Positions 36,501 to 42,819 of a stretch of 64,000 nucleotides of DNA are shown here, piece by piece. A program made the translations under genes and the position numbers. Below the pieces are notes generated by a model. That model searched no databases. It was given only the letters and a program-made list of their open reading frames with translations, and was not told the DNA's origin. Each line of letters begins with the position of its first letter. Within the stretch, counting starts at the first letter, position 1. Source of the DNA: a virus (Duplodnaviria; Caudoviricetes); IMG/VR virus record IMGVR_UViG_3300028640_000004, positions 1 to 64,000 of that record. One strand, written 5' to 3'.

Positions 36501-39403
36501 GAGATGTACAGACTAAGTACTATGAAAAAGAAGCAGAGAAGAATGGCTCTGGTGATGAATGGTTAAGAACTAACAGTCAAGCTAGGGATATAATGGAAGA
36601 GGTTTGGAAAAGTTCACCTACTAATACTCGTAAGGAGTTCAAAGAAAAAGAACGACAGGCTAAGGAAACTCAGAGAATGATTACTGAGATTATCGAAGAG
36701 ACCTTACCCAGTAATATAACTGAAAAGAATCTAAGGAAGTATCAGGCATTAGGCGCTGAGTATACTGAACCTATTAATAAGGAAGAGTTGATTAGAGATG
36801 TTACTAATAAAGGATTAGATGTCGATCAGATAAATAATTTAATAACTTATAAGTGGAAAGATAAAGGAGTTTCTCTTATTAGGAAAGACTTATTAGAACA
36901 TAAGAAGCAAGAACTTGAACAATACAGAAGCTTAAGTCTTAGTGAAAAGGAAGCATTGAGCTCTGAAGACAAGTCTTACTATACTACTAAAGCTGTCATA
37001 GATAAGTATTTACCTAAGGAAGGTGACTCAGAAGAAGAGCAAAAGAAAGCATTTGAGAAATACAGAGAGGCTTTTAATAAATACTTTACTCCTGAACAGA
37101 AAGAAAGATATCTAGCATCATTACCAGAAGCCCAGAGGATTCTTAGAGAAGCTAATGAAGCTTATATAAATGCATGGGGTGAACTTCTGAGTGGAGAAGG
37201 TAATGGAGCTGATTACTATGATGTATTCAATGCAATGCCACAATGGTTTAAAGCATTCTATTTTTCAGCACATCCAGATGCTGCAATATATTATCCTTTA
37301 GCTTCAGAAAGACAGAAGAGATTCAATGAGATATACGAGAAGGAGTCTCAGGGGTTTAATATGTCTAAGGAAAGAAAGGCTTTGAATGATTGGTTCTGGT
37401 CTAATTCAGCTCAAGTAAAAGCATGGGAAAGGGATAAGCCTGATAAGATCAAATACTTAAGAATGCAAGAGAAGTTTATGGATTCTGTTGATCCTGATAA
37501 ATATTATTCTTCTCTACTTAAGACTGATCCATGGTACTTGAATGAATACTTTAAGAAGAATCCTGATGCTAAAAAGTTTGCATACATCCTAGCTACATTA
37601 GAAGAATATATGGAAGATAGTGATGATGAGAAGTACTCTAAGCTATTAGAAGAGTTTGCTAATAGTGAAGCTGGTAAGTTATACGCAGAGAATCATCCTA
37701 TTGCCGGAGGACATAATAAGCTTGAGTATAGATTGATGTGGAATAACCTGATTAAGAACTCTCAACCAGGAGAGTACTATCAAGGATTCTATAATCAACC
37801 AGATTGGTTCAAGAGATATTGGTTCAATGGTAACCCAGAGGCTGAAAAGTATTATGGATTCAGGGCTGAACTAGCGAAGAAAGAAGGCGCTGCTTATGAT
37901 GAATACTTATGGGCTGATTATAATAAAGAAGCAAGAGAAGCTTGGTTCAATCATAAACCTGAAGATAGAGACTATTATACTAACTTTAAAAAAACTCTAA
38001 GTACATTCAGGAACACTAACAACATGTTCGGGTATTATGATTTCATACTCAATCCTAAGAATTCTAAGTATCTAGTTAGATGGTCTAATAATGACCCTAA
38101 GAAAATTAAAGCGGCTCAATATTCCAAACAGTACTATGCACTACCTGCTAAGACATGGGAAGATCAAAAGGCTAGAATAGCTTGGATAGATAATAATAAA
38201 TTCTTAAGGGAATGGTGGGATAAAGATAAGACTCCAGAAGAAATAGAGTTATCTAAGAAGGCAGATATCTATAGAAGAATGAAGTATGATATTGAATCAA
38301 TAGGATCTGGTTCTGATTACTATATGAAGTGGAGAGAATTATCTGCTAAGAGAGAGCAATATCTTAAGAACAATCCAGACCTTAATGAATACCTCAATAA
38401 GTCGTATGAAGATAATAACTTAGAGCCGACTAATATCCAGAAGAAGTTAGCTATCTATAATAAGATTAAGGATGATGATAAGAAGCGGGAATATCTTAAG
38501 GAGAACAAGGATCTATCGGATTACTTCTTAGATGGAGTTCCTGAGGGTATTAGACAGATAAGAAAATTACAAGAGAAGTACTTTGCTATAACACAGGATA
38601 AGTATTCTAATGCAGATGATTACTACGTAGCAAGAAATAGATTCCTTAGTAAGCATAGAGAATTACAGGAGTATTGGGATGCTATGTCACTACCCCCTTC
38701 CGCATTCATACATAAGGAGAAGTTTGATGAATGGCAGAAGAAGCTTAATAAAGTACTGAGGTATTATGACGGTGTTACTTCTGATAGTCTTAATGATTCT
38801 ATGAGGTTATCTATCCAGAGAATCAATTCGTACATGGGGGTAGAGAATTCTCCAGAGGCTGAGTGGTTCTGTAACAAAGTGTACAATGCAGCTATGAGTA
38901 AGTGGATAGATTTAATGGGATCTAATAAGTCTATAGGCATGTTCTTCTTTAGACAATTGCCTTCATGGATTAGAGCAAGATACTTTGAAAAGAATCCTAA
39001 CTCTAAGATGTTAAAAGGATACTCATTAGGAGATTGGTTTGCTACTGGTATTTCTAAATACAACAGTAGTAATCCAGGAGTTAAGTGGGCCTTAGAACAA
39101 CAGAAGAAATATGGAGCTGGAGGTATTCCATTCTCTATAAAGAAACAAGTAGAGAGGTATCTTAAGGGAGCTGGTATATGGGAAGACAGGAGCGGGTGGG
39201 ATTCTGCTAAGTGGAATAAATGGCAGATTTCTAGAGCCGCATATCTTAATGGATTAAAGGAAAAGGATATAGAGAATAATCCATTGATAAGAAAGGAGTT
39301 ATATAGGGCGATCACAGGAACGATAAGGCCTATTAACCCTAAGGTGTATAATAAGAAAGTAAGGTGGGAGCAAGTAGTAGACGTGTCTTTGACACGTCTA
39401 TGA
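24584..39403 (+). CDS. Giant (4939 aa) polyvalent/internal virion protein: 3-4 LysM, DEDDh 3'-5' exonuclease, degenerate SLOG-like domain, C-terminal aromatic helical repeats
   Basis: HIVKAGENLDSVAKQY...IKEGQEL (LysM x3); VLDIETTG/GHNLKEFD/THDSKQD; FFFDYRDL...RKIFPFFSY; PxWF..Y...NPDA repeats. Confidence 0.85.
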   Translation: MEVKKHIVKAGENLDSVAKQYNLKTGDLARWNAILDNNSIKEGQELNLAWTSELPLQIKVGKDNKLEAYAKQFNVSVDRLKKINNLDTDDVSAGTILTIYNPARNEWLEAKPDDTLDTIAKRYDITKERLIELNPRFTWKELKAGDYVMLPREGIYQYKEPEVPKIEKAKTKIPSLPSYSIPKTTKTEELIYPKYKETKEFMPFKTQQPIDTATSVALGWIPLLGDRLKDFNTQKFLEDITNELKEKTDTYLSNYKKAVKAGDKQEQYRQTQIYKNTVKEYERLTGITPKTTDFEKVLKDLRDPVKVARNKQTWNAASEYEQGELITKTEVPLPEGGTMHVVPAKDLGITDEVSAFQYEKDAVNEYNSYMQEGIDSGYIDKEGKQTSQILSLLERLSLKSQTASTLSQVMPALNSDITTFYKDFSNIFESTDNNVRIERQKRFLNKYKDLSVVRDMYPQFLEYNNLFLESNNLEKKITDISSELQSIKNYREIMTILSSPNITAEDIRDVDIKQSDLIRVGNLMDSLSNYKTKLMAITDRTVTMSSDFENSLNNFQGIISNYEDQNNLKRLFIEGASTESSLARNIKTLALAKLDAGIMRGDSYQDNQDIVNYNNYLRWSDNVTKSQIKLLQANYLANGFRRISEMKFEEREQKKLAGSWIMNWFDPEYSEFNPLEKALTLLGTSINNLTNSDKAHEKAVGYTAIGLLEGLNWASSVVVAGVKVPAVYYDIVSNFGLDKTTNALRELVGDITPETRIALDKASDIAIENHIRSQFNIKSASDLWNPLGVASQLYTGNVLKTPDGVKYKEVLLNKDVNLFALFSEKTSEMTRYLQLEAMNPDKDLSNLKSGDVIKMPETEEGYFLPGQRWAQGLLDPITYLEWQIRNPVGLELSNQLFENILDPLNFITPAGLFGKLGRGVEGITITPYSFTRNTILDLNKKMLVDFETNSFFRNKLKWYKDSFTRWNAKVEAWALDKFPEIDKAKGVLSDIERKNVAARDAFIKKYSKPDSMVTLHKTKDFFDLMFGEKGFLTKSRSLKFRDEFKINELAIGKSRNNFLFNLINNDKNNVTRVNSRVFNEVKDGSYIIVITKDGVRHVGEVINVTPTEKVVKVKDTITKEEVDGNGIIKLAQDTDDGRTIKELKSEDIVSIDEVIKDELDDIDFIWKDSNVDKTTKAFKAKQTWNWLVNKGDRIKDWFTLGVSLEKMPFWMRGTINDFIDKAGFSAIQKAFLKSEELYSYFGKLYDDINYEPLKRKEWSIKDNEYKTLDWNQYLDEKGEVQLKTSVTKEEVIKNKIKSLIVSPHTATDADWDALKKFDIYPADLKDAINKLFIRIARGDDVSKLIIERNDILSELVGIIDPNTVHEKALRNAGMFSIEKEKLLKHLPNDLKEKVINCSEEYHKLIANREFDEITKNYAVAELISRGYSTEIINEAEKVIHLYDKFIHQMREKALSIKDVITIHISNAIDIRLDDTVKELNLELIDEKVIPRHLQVVIDDKVVMEFEPGTQKTEIIEYLGRLNFNQKKGTVNSEEILDGNDTVDLLRKLYKEKINSKGSSDIASLFEEFRLLSENEKIVGDELLDRFIAYIETYRSLLSSDINNFSELLAISNKLIESQKTNAKNDFRNRVLNKLNNTTKGGAGVFGDIKNIDENLAKDLYRVTELDDIGLEHLTNSLIKKFNNKKYLKVKEHNKILVLDIETTGLDVGKDRMLSIGWSIIDKDGNIIKDSTKSYLIKPDEDTREIVTSGAADAALAKNGLSLDKLDVEGNPDLSTVLKELNNDIKDCEAVMGHNLKEFDLQVLRNEYSKAEMKNNFENKDVLDTLHIINPAKAKGKKSLEELYRAYIRDDYVETHDSKQDVLDLIDLYKRAKETGDLSKSVTSEVSNTIRNNVSKLSLVVRSLDIEGGLPVGNIGHYAATTSKKNIEEIRKVKADNLFTQVQEFLSQDIVSVVKELNRSRKMMSDIFNKQKHYKKRDSLKNFPNSDVSLKDLMYEKTSIIREKKAELDELNEGLKVAKPNDKEALGLKIKQLKEELNKLLDERVESKLFKESDGIVSVPMNYGTTAEEVAKLKELYDQGNRFIVLVPYAFRRFQGVRIPAIDALNTIGAVEEFSMSKKGGKAYDFYVADIKNNLLMPGDYAELDKVLASMAEADIKKLDLLTKAYVLARPSKRTALIKIYRAYFEDLKALRARGVLDTSDNKLKAYNKIIGKLENDAEDFFGVNADEIVGEHRLLQNLEDADEMIMRITDKDNINKDSYALDLKKLAMLQDIEEVFNINELYSLSDILEVKNKTDVHSALTLLNEVVTSNDEAKLEMLHNNLLEFLKPESMEVDQVKDISFKVWYNRHGKKLFKDEVTFEDLNKEKNLKKLDKARDNYAKFRDLNIPKPKEVWFEFMKENNKAFNNQFGSKSIKDPEVNEAYLDYIKGDPSGVGKAYEKSSELTVGAEEVGPQYNEDGIEKGRGQLEEAYLIKRIKEILDTTKETTSLDVLGDIGIKIGHKTSKRISKDGFLGREHKVDLAAVYDNRVNSISELSLVAKKPLEDIQFKSTLEGGQIYNSVYGKDKTDNVIYIVPTIKDKITEVGELKPRQDFKEGDLVIVNETREKLIPEKVDWEDYEFDNEEIKLEVIRTGRMSYTELNDVYYKIPYTDAIKLNTIDKLKERLSNIYNKISSGKKPLPLDFKFIKTGTKAEMDYVNSVITDIKKLYYSDIYVKGKSDKEIQEGLSNISKNVNQKINDWSYMKKDILKKNKKNLLKLTDPNIEKKKEVIDNEINESLSKERNKDDLYNLYKVDKQGNLEHLNKATIKDINSLVKENIDETKSYQVIDSLYDERSKPENIFGDAPVIETIKPPKWDYKSDIITDELPITNELSFLKITDKGNELITIQGRDKIFFKNTVESDRAAGNNRGFGKPKIENTSYRFETVKSPDGSKEVHVEKYIIIDVISETREKELIASINKLKKRPKSNKKEISRLERDLKAELEWRDAIREKVDGLTIPTYEVDSLSDVSINDIDTIKGIRGHFFNREKGVTFSNNKKFNSSFFNRNILTEVESQTIRGINKTYKVIQDTLRAKRTPGYAGIFPKADPAFTDVLGMEDSIKKLTSSILKYEQKVNLEDVLVGLMFEEKNFVKPWKDKEVLVLVNKEQRGITKEFRDAVDELEGTDTVFIFPTGELSNIEIAMQEYIVNKGLKVERRAIEDRPIIKPKEEPIEGTPDVIKQQDEVLARASYVLYMGNPYKDLQSISEVSKVLKDAREAGTIVYSTNKAKKEQLKAIKAFFGDPETTRAAYKMPSLPLRLELKEGMRSVEEATRKIILASMRREFREEWYKWKQAAIDQYREELVNRFRQTGAFSDNKRNLAIAEQIVELKVKELEKQLKGIEDNILKWKGSQPITDKILIKTKKNILQNLYKDIAREKKDISAFNGYLKTGVLPSKKYGLVRDSILLMRKALGIPGHLQKAFITFVLVLRPAWYINNANEDHFKQFIIEKDLKSLAKSYSLTVKLYAKFGKLITKNALKDTANLKKILADDLKKQYKLGLISKEQFKLMTKQLEGDSFDALQILRAETGKEAKDVADLIDKQKDFIVINGVTITRSDIEYMLNSGVMETFTSASEAKLKKNIASDQRSGFGNVIAKASEYQDNLKFFASETERMRRGVVLLRILQKQTQDMVAGAVFDPTTGRSIIKDFFFDYRDLNRAGMLFRKIFPFFSYSYFSVVLYLKLLYKYEGIRAFNAGVALLEVWEANTQELSDEYKDRWAMQLGGKTYLVKIPLSAFEVVKLFQDPVGAIEKSVENPFKSLMGLSFGPFVGTAVEEITGKDYFTPSRIQLRKLGWSHDEIEEEIKKYNKEKKDESLIDKSWNLMSSIVPQASLINDLFFRADVGYEQTGNPLKSKKFRELTKFFGINIMTLTDVDKLRNKIYSMPPSVRNFYLDKIKKEDPELYDEFNRQSRIGFELNLYNEGKSPNEIRAAVMKRDVQTKYYEKEAEKNGSGDEWLRTNSQARDIMEEVWKSSPTNTRKEFKEKERQAKETQRMITEIIEETLPSNITEKNLRKYQALGAEYTEPINKEELIRDVTNKGLDVDQINNLITYKWKDKGVSLIRKDLLEHKKQELEQYRSLSLSEKEALSSEDKSYYTTKAVIDKYLPKEGDSEEEQKKAFEKYREAFNKYFTPEQKERYLASLPEAQRILREANEAYINAWGELLSGEGNGADYYDVFNAMPQWFKAFYFSAHPDAAIYYPLASERQKRFNEIYEKESQGFNMSKERKALNDWFWSNSAQVKAWERDKPDKIKYLRMQEKFMDSVDPDKYYSSLLKTDPWYLNEYFKKNPDAKKFAYILATLEEYMEDSDDEKYSKLLEEFANSEAGKLYAENHPIAGGHNKLEYRLMWNNLIKNSQPGEYYQGFYNQPDWFKRYWFNGNPEAEKYYGFRAELAKKEGAAYDEYLWADYNKEAREAWFNHKPEDRDYYTNFKKTLSTFRNTNNMFGYYDFILNPKNSKYLVRWSNNDPKKIKAAQYSKQYYALPAKTWEDQKARIAWIDNNKFLREWWDKDKTPEEIELSKKADIYRRMKYDIESIGSGSDYYMKWRELSAKREQYLKNNPDLNEYLNKSYEDNNLEPTNIQKKLAIYNKIKDDDKKREYLKENKDLSDYFLDGVPEGIRQIRKLQEKYFAITQDKYSNADDYYVARNRFLSKHRELQEYWDAMSLPPSAFIHKEKFDEWQKKLNKVLRYYDGVTSDSLNDSMRLSIQRINSYMGVENSPEAEWFCNKVYNAAMSKWIDLMGSNKSIGMFFFRQLPSWIRARYFEKNPNSKMLKGYSLGDWFATGISKYNSSNPGVKWALEQQKKYGAGGIPFSIKKQVERYLKGAGIWEDRSGWDSAKWNKWQISRAAYLNGLKEKDIENNPLIRKELYRAITGTIRPINPKVYNKKVRWEQVVDVSLTRL
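25095..25108. repeat. Dispersed palindrome copy 4: CGAAGATACCTTCG (inside CDS)
   Basis: Reverse complement of copy 3. Confidence 0.75.
39378..39400. promoter_or_regulatory. Perfect 10-bp inverted repeat overlapping a -35 box (operator or hairpin)
   Basis: TAGACGTGTC-TTT-GACACGTCTA. Confidence 0.6.
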
Positions 39404-39417
39404 TACCCCGCTATAAT
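39389..39417 (+). promoter_or_regulatory. Sigma70 consensus promoter for tail adaptor genes (near-leaderless)
   Basis: TTGACA-N17-TATAAT, ATG 8 nt downstream. Confidence 0.8.
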
Positions 39418-39425
39418 AAAAACAA

Positions 39426-40076
39426 ATGAACATAGAGAAATTCATAAAACTATGTGGAGCATCTCTTAAGGATTCTACATTCATAGTTGTAAAACAAATT
39501 GAATGGTTAGAGATATTAAACACACAAATCAGTGAGTTGTTTCCTGATATCGCAATCTTACATAACTCAACTATCTCATTAGCTACTATGGATCCGGCTC
39601 TAATGTATATAGATATGTCAGAGTTAAATGAAGATCTTACAGAGAAGTATCCTAATCTAATAGGTATTAAGAATCTCTACTTAGTAAGATCAGATGATTC
39701 TAAAGTACCTTTCAGTAATTGGAGTTTTGATTCTGATATCAAACTGCTCAAACTAAACGTATCGTCTAGAGATGATGAAGAGATAGCTAGTATTGATGAT
39801 TCAATACAAGTAGTCTGGTATGGTGAAATGGAACTTAAGACTACGTATGATCAAGATATAGAGCTTAACAATGCTCAGACTCAATTACTTAAGAAGGCTT
39901 GTTTAAAGGAAATGATAAGCCGTGTCTTATTAGATAAGACAAAGCTTGATAGATATAAGACCTTAGTAGGTTCAGCGAATGAGTATGTTCTTATCGCACT
40001 ACAGAAGACGCTTAATGATGAAGTAGAATTCTCAAAGAGAAAGAGAAATAACACACTTCCTGTTAGGTCATTCTAA
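39426..40076 (+). CDS. Head-tail adaptor (putative)
   Basis: Size, helix-beta-helix pattern and position before nozzle-like gene. Confidence 0.5.
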   Translation: MNIEKFIKLCGASLKDSTFIVVKQIEWLEILNTQISELFPDIAILHNSTISLATMDPALMYIDMSELNEDLTEKYPNLIGIKNLYLVRSDDSKVPFSNWSFDSDIKLLKLNVSSRDDEEIASIDDSIQVVWYGEMELKTTYDQDIELNNAQTQLLKKACLKEMISRVLLDKTKLDRYKTLVGSANEYVLIALQKTLNDEVEFSKRKRNNTLPVRSF

Positions 40077-40078
40077 CA

Positions 40079-40092
40079 CGAAGATATCTTCG
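40079..40092. repeat. Dispersed palindrome copy 5: CGAAGATATCTTCG
   Basis: Fills most of the 19-nt gap between stop 40076 and ATG 40096. Confidence 0.9.
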
Positions 40093-40095
40093 CTT

Positions 40096-42723
40096 ATGCA
40101 AATAGAAAATAGATTCCATATACAATTAGACTATAAGGGATATATGATAGAGCCAAAGACCGCTAGAGTTCTACCAGCACCTCTTATGGGAAGTAAGTTC
40201 AGTACGGGTAGGACTAGCTATTCTGATTTTGATTTCTGGCAATCAGATGCAATGACTAATTTTTCTAGAGGAATCAATCAGAAGTTCTTATCAGATACTA
40301 ATGCTTATTGGTTCTCTAATGGTATAGATGTTTCTTATCCAGGAGAATTCAAATTAGAGAAAGATATAGTAACTGAAACAAGTAGTGTTCTTACTAGTGC
40401 TCATGGACAAGTTACTGCTACTTATAGATCTAGTGATAGGATTTATGTAGGAACTTCTAAAGGATATGTATTCTATAGACTTACTAATGCTAGTGAATGG
40501 GTCTTAATAAGTAGTATTACACATGATGATCATCCTGTTACATGTTTCTTTGAAGTAGTAGATAGCAATGCTGCTGACTATCAAAAAGTATTATATGTAT
40601 GTAAGGGGGATTATAAGGGATGGATACTCATTGATGGAACATGGGAGCAGGTTGGTCCAATAATACAATGGGCCCCTAGTCTTAGTAGAGTAGAAGGAGT
40701 TCCAGTAGCAGTATCTGGATTACTACATAATAGGAAGATTGCACAGTCTATAATACTTAACTCTAGTGAAAAGGCTAGAAGGATTTCTGTTCTATATAAA
40801 ACAGTAGGGGGATTTAATGGAAGAGTGATATTAAGGTTCCATTATTCAGATATGACAACTGGAGGAATTGCTCCTAGTTCTATAATAAAGGAATATCAAA
40901 TAACATTACCAACAGCTACCGATTGGACATGGTATCATTATAATATTACTAATGATGATGACCGTGTAGTTCTTAGTAGGTGTGATAAATACTTCCTTGA
41001 GATAGAGGCGCTTGATGGTAATGATACTGTATATCCAGAGTTTGCATGCTCTGTCGGTAGAGATTCTACTTATGATGGAGATGTATTAATAGAGATGGAA
41101 AATGGTGCAACGGAGTATAGCTTTGCAGCAAGAGGACAACAATTAGCTTTTAAGATCTGGTCAGATCTTCCAGATAAGGTTTACTATGTAAGCTCACAAG
41201 GTCATTATGCATTTGGTTATGTTGATAACGGTATTAAGACTACTAGTAACGGAGTCTTATGGTCACCTGATTCCACTAGGGGATTATGGACATTACCAGC
41301 TCAGCAAGGTAGACCACTGGCAATGGGAAGAACGGCAGGTGGAACCATCATTGGTGGAGAAAGTTCTCTTTGGAAATATGTAGGAAGTACCAGTGCTATG
41401 AGTCTATGGGACTTCCCTGATTATATCAATGCAAATAATTTCAAGGGATTCTGTGAATGGAACAATAAGATTATCTTCTCTGTAGAGAATCAAGGCATCT
41501 ATATGACAGATGGTACTGGTACTATTCATACCAATATGCAGGCTGACAGAGAGGCTTTTCAATTCGAAAGCTGTGCCGGTATCACAACGTGTGGATGGCA
41601 GGCATTTGCTTTAGTAAAGAGAAAGAATGACAGTGAGTGGTACTTAGCTAAGAGTACTGCGCTATATGATCAGTTCTTTACATACTGGTGGATAGTAAAA
41701 GGATTTGGTAATAAGATACCAGTAGGAATAATCTCACTAAATATTAACGATGTAATTATATTCCATTCAGACGGAACAATACAGAAGTATTCTTATAGTG
41801 GACCATATCAAGACTCTGGATATATAGAGACATCTTTAATAGATGCTGGATTAGTTAAGCTAGATAAACTATATAAGAATATAGAGGCGATCTTTGAAGA
41901 GTTTGAAGAGGGGACTAAGTGCAAGTTATCTATAAGAAATTCCTTAGAAGGAACTTATATAGACTCTAATGAATTTGATGGAGGCTCTACAGAATCTGCT
42001 TTATTCAGATTACCAAATCCTACTAGTGGAAATAGATTACAGATCAAGACAACTATATACTCTAATAGTATTAATACTAGAACTCCAGTATGTACTGATA
42101 TTGTATGGACATACATACTACAGAGAAGTATTAATGAGCGCAATGTATTGAAGAGTGTGAATATGTCTATCATATGTGAGAATTCATTAGAAGATAATTT
42201 AGGAGACGTAGAGTTTGAAACAGATCCAGATGCAAGAACTAGAGCCGGACTAGTTAAAGATTTATGGGATACTGTAGAAAAGAGAGAGACTCTTAACTAC
42301 ATAGGATTTGAGAACGTATCAACTCCGGCATTTCATATATCTTATGCTGGCACTCATATCTATACTATAAAGATAGATAGAACAAATTATCTATTTAGTA
42401 TATATGAAGGTAGTACATTGAAGTATTCATATAATTACCAAGGAGCTACTGCTGCAAACTTAATAGCAGAACTTAATGAGAAGATCATAACAGGTGATAC
42501 AGAAAAATTATATTGCACTTTAGTTGATCCAATAACCGAAACTGATTCTATAGAAGGATTAGAGCCGGTCATTGATTACTATATAAAGCAAGATACTTAT
42601 CTTAATCTAGGTACAGATGTTAAGGCTGTCATTATAACTAATAGCAGTCCTAACCAGATAAAGATGGCTTTAGATGGTAGAGGAAGTGATAGGGTTATGT
42701 TAAGTCTTAGAGAAGCTGACTAA
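40096..42723 (+). CDS. Tail nozzle/tubular-B-like beta-propeller protein (putative)
   Basis: Beta-rich, IYVGTSKG blades, SGYIETSLID...KLYKNI; position. Confidence 0.6.
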   Translation: MQIENRFHIQLDYKGYMIEPKTARVLPAPLMGSKFSTGRTSYSDFDFWQSDAMTNFSRGINQKFLSDTNAYWFSNGIDVSYPGEFKLEKDIVTETSSVLTSAHGQVTATYRSSDRIYVGTSKGYVFYRLTNASEWVLISSITHDDHPVTCFFEVVDSNAADYQKVLYVCKGDYKGWILIDGTWEQVGPIIQWAPSLSRVEGVPVAVSGLLHNRKIAQSIILNSSEKARRISVLYKTVGGFNGRVILRFHYSDMTTGGIAPSSIIKEYQITLPTATDWTWYHYNITNDDDRVVLSRCDKYFLEIEALDGNDTVYPEFACSVGRDSTYDGDVLIEMENGATEYSFAARGQQLAFKIWSDLPDKVYYVSSQGHYAFGYVDNGIKTTSNGVLWSPDSTRGLWTLPAQQGRPLAMGRTAGGTIIGGESSLWKYVGSTSAMSLWDFPDYINANNFKGFCEWNNKIIFSVENQGIYMTDGTGTIHTNMQADREAFQFESCAGITTCGWQAFALVKRKNDSEWYLAKSTALYDQFFTYWWIVKGFGNKIPVGIISLNINDVIIFHSDGTIQKYSYSGPYQDSGYIETSLIDAGLVKLDKLYKNIEAIFEEFEEGTKCKLSIRNSLEGTYIDSNEFDGGSTESALFRLPNPTSGNRLQIKTTIYSNSINTRTPVCTDIVWTYILQRSINERNVLKSVNMSIICENSLEDNLGDVEFETDPDARTRAGLVKDLWDTVEKRETLNYIGFENVSTPAFHISYAGTHIYTIKIDRTNYLFSIYEGSTLKYSYNYQGATAANLIAELNEKIITGDTEKLYCTLVDPITETDSIEGLEPVIDYYIKQDTYLNLGTDVKAVIITNSSPNQIKMALDGRGSDRVMLSLREAD

Positions 42724-42726
42724 TCC

Positions 42727-42819
42727 TTTGGAGCTTAGTGGGGCGGAGTACCACTCTTAATCTCTATATAAAGAACTTATATACAGGAAAGCAATCGGGT
42801 TCGACTCCCGACTCCAAGC
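42727..42819 (+). ncRNA. tRNA-like element with non-canonical central arm
   Basis: Acceptor TTTGGAG/CTCCAAG; D-like AGTGG-GGCGGAGTA-CCACT; TATATAA-AGAAC-TTATATA arm; T arm TCGGG-TTCGACT-CCCGA; no CCA. Confidence 0.65.

Noticed and set aside
22951-36707. Weak palindrome look-alikes (AGAAGGTGACTTCG ~22951, CGAAGATCACTTCA ~35014, CGAAGAGACCTTAC ~36694)
   Set aside because: Three or more mismatches including the otherwise invariant arms; expected by chance
24584-39403. Virion RNA polymerase (N4- or crAss-like) in the giant protein
   Set aside because: No DxDGD/NADFDGD or T7-type polymerase motifs found by eye; a very divergent enzyme cannot be excluded without profile searches
41969-42151. Nested + strand 60-aa ORF inside the nozzle-like gene
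   Set aside because: Fully overlapped alternate frame with no motif or initiation evidence
24106-42819. Calling the two T-loop elements functional tRNA genes
   Set aside because: One has no anticodon arm. The other has no canonical 7-nt loop (a GAA reading lacks U33 and purine 37). Neither encodes CCA.
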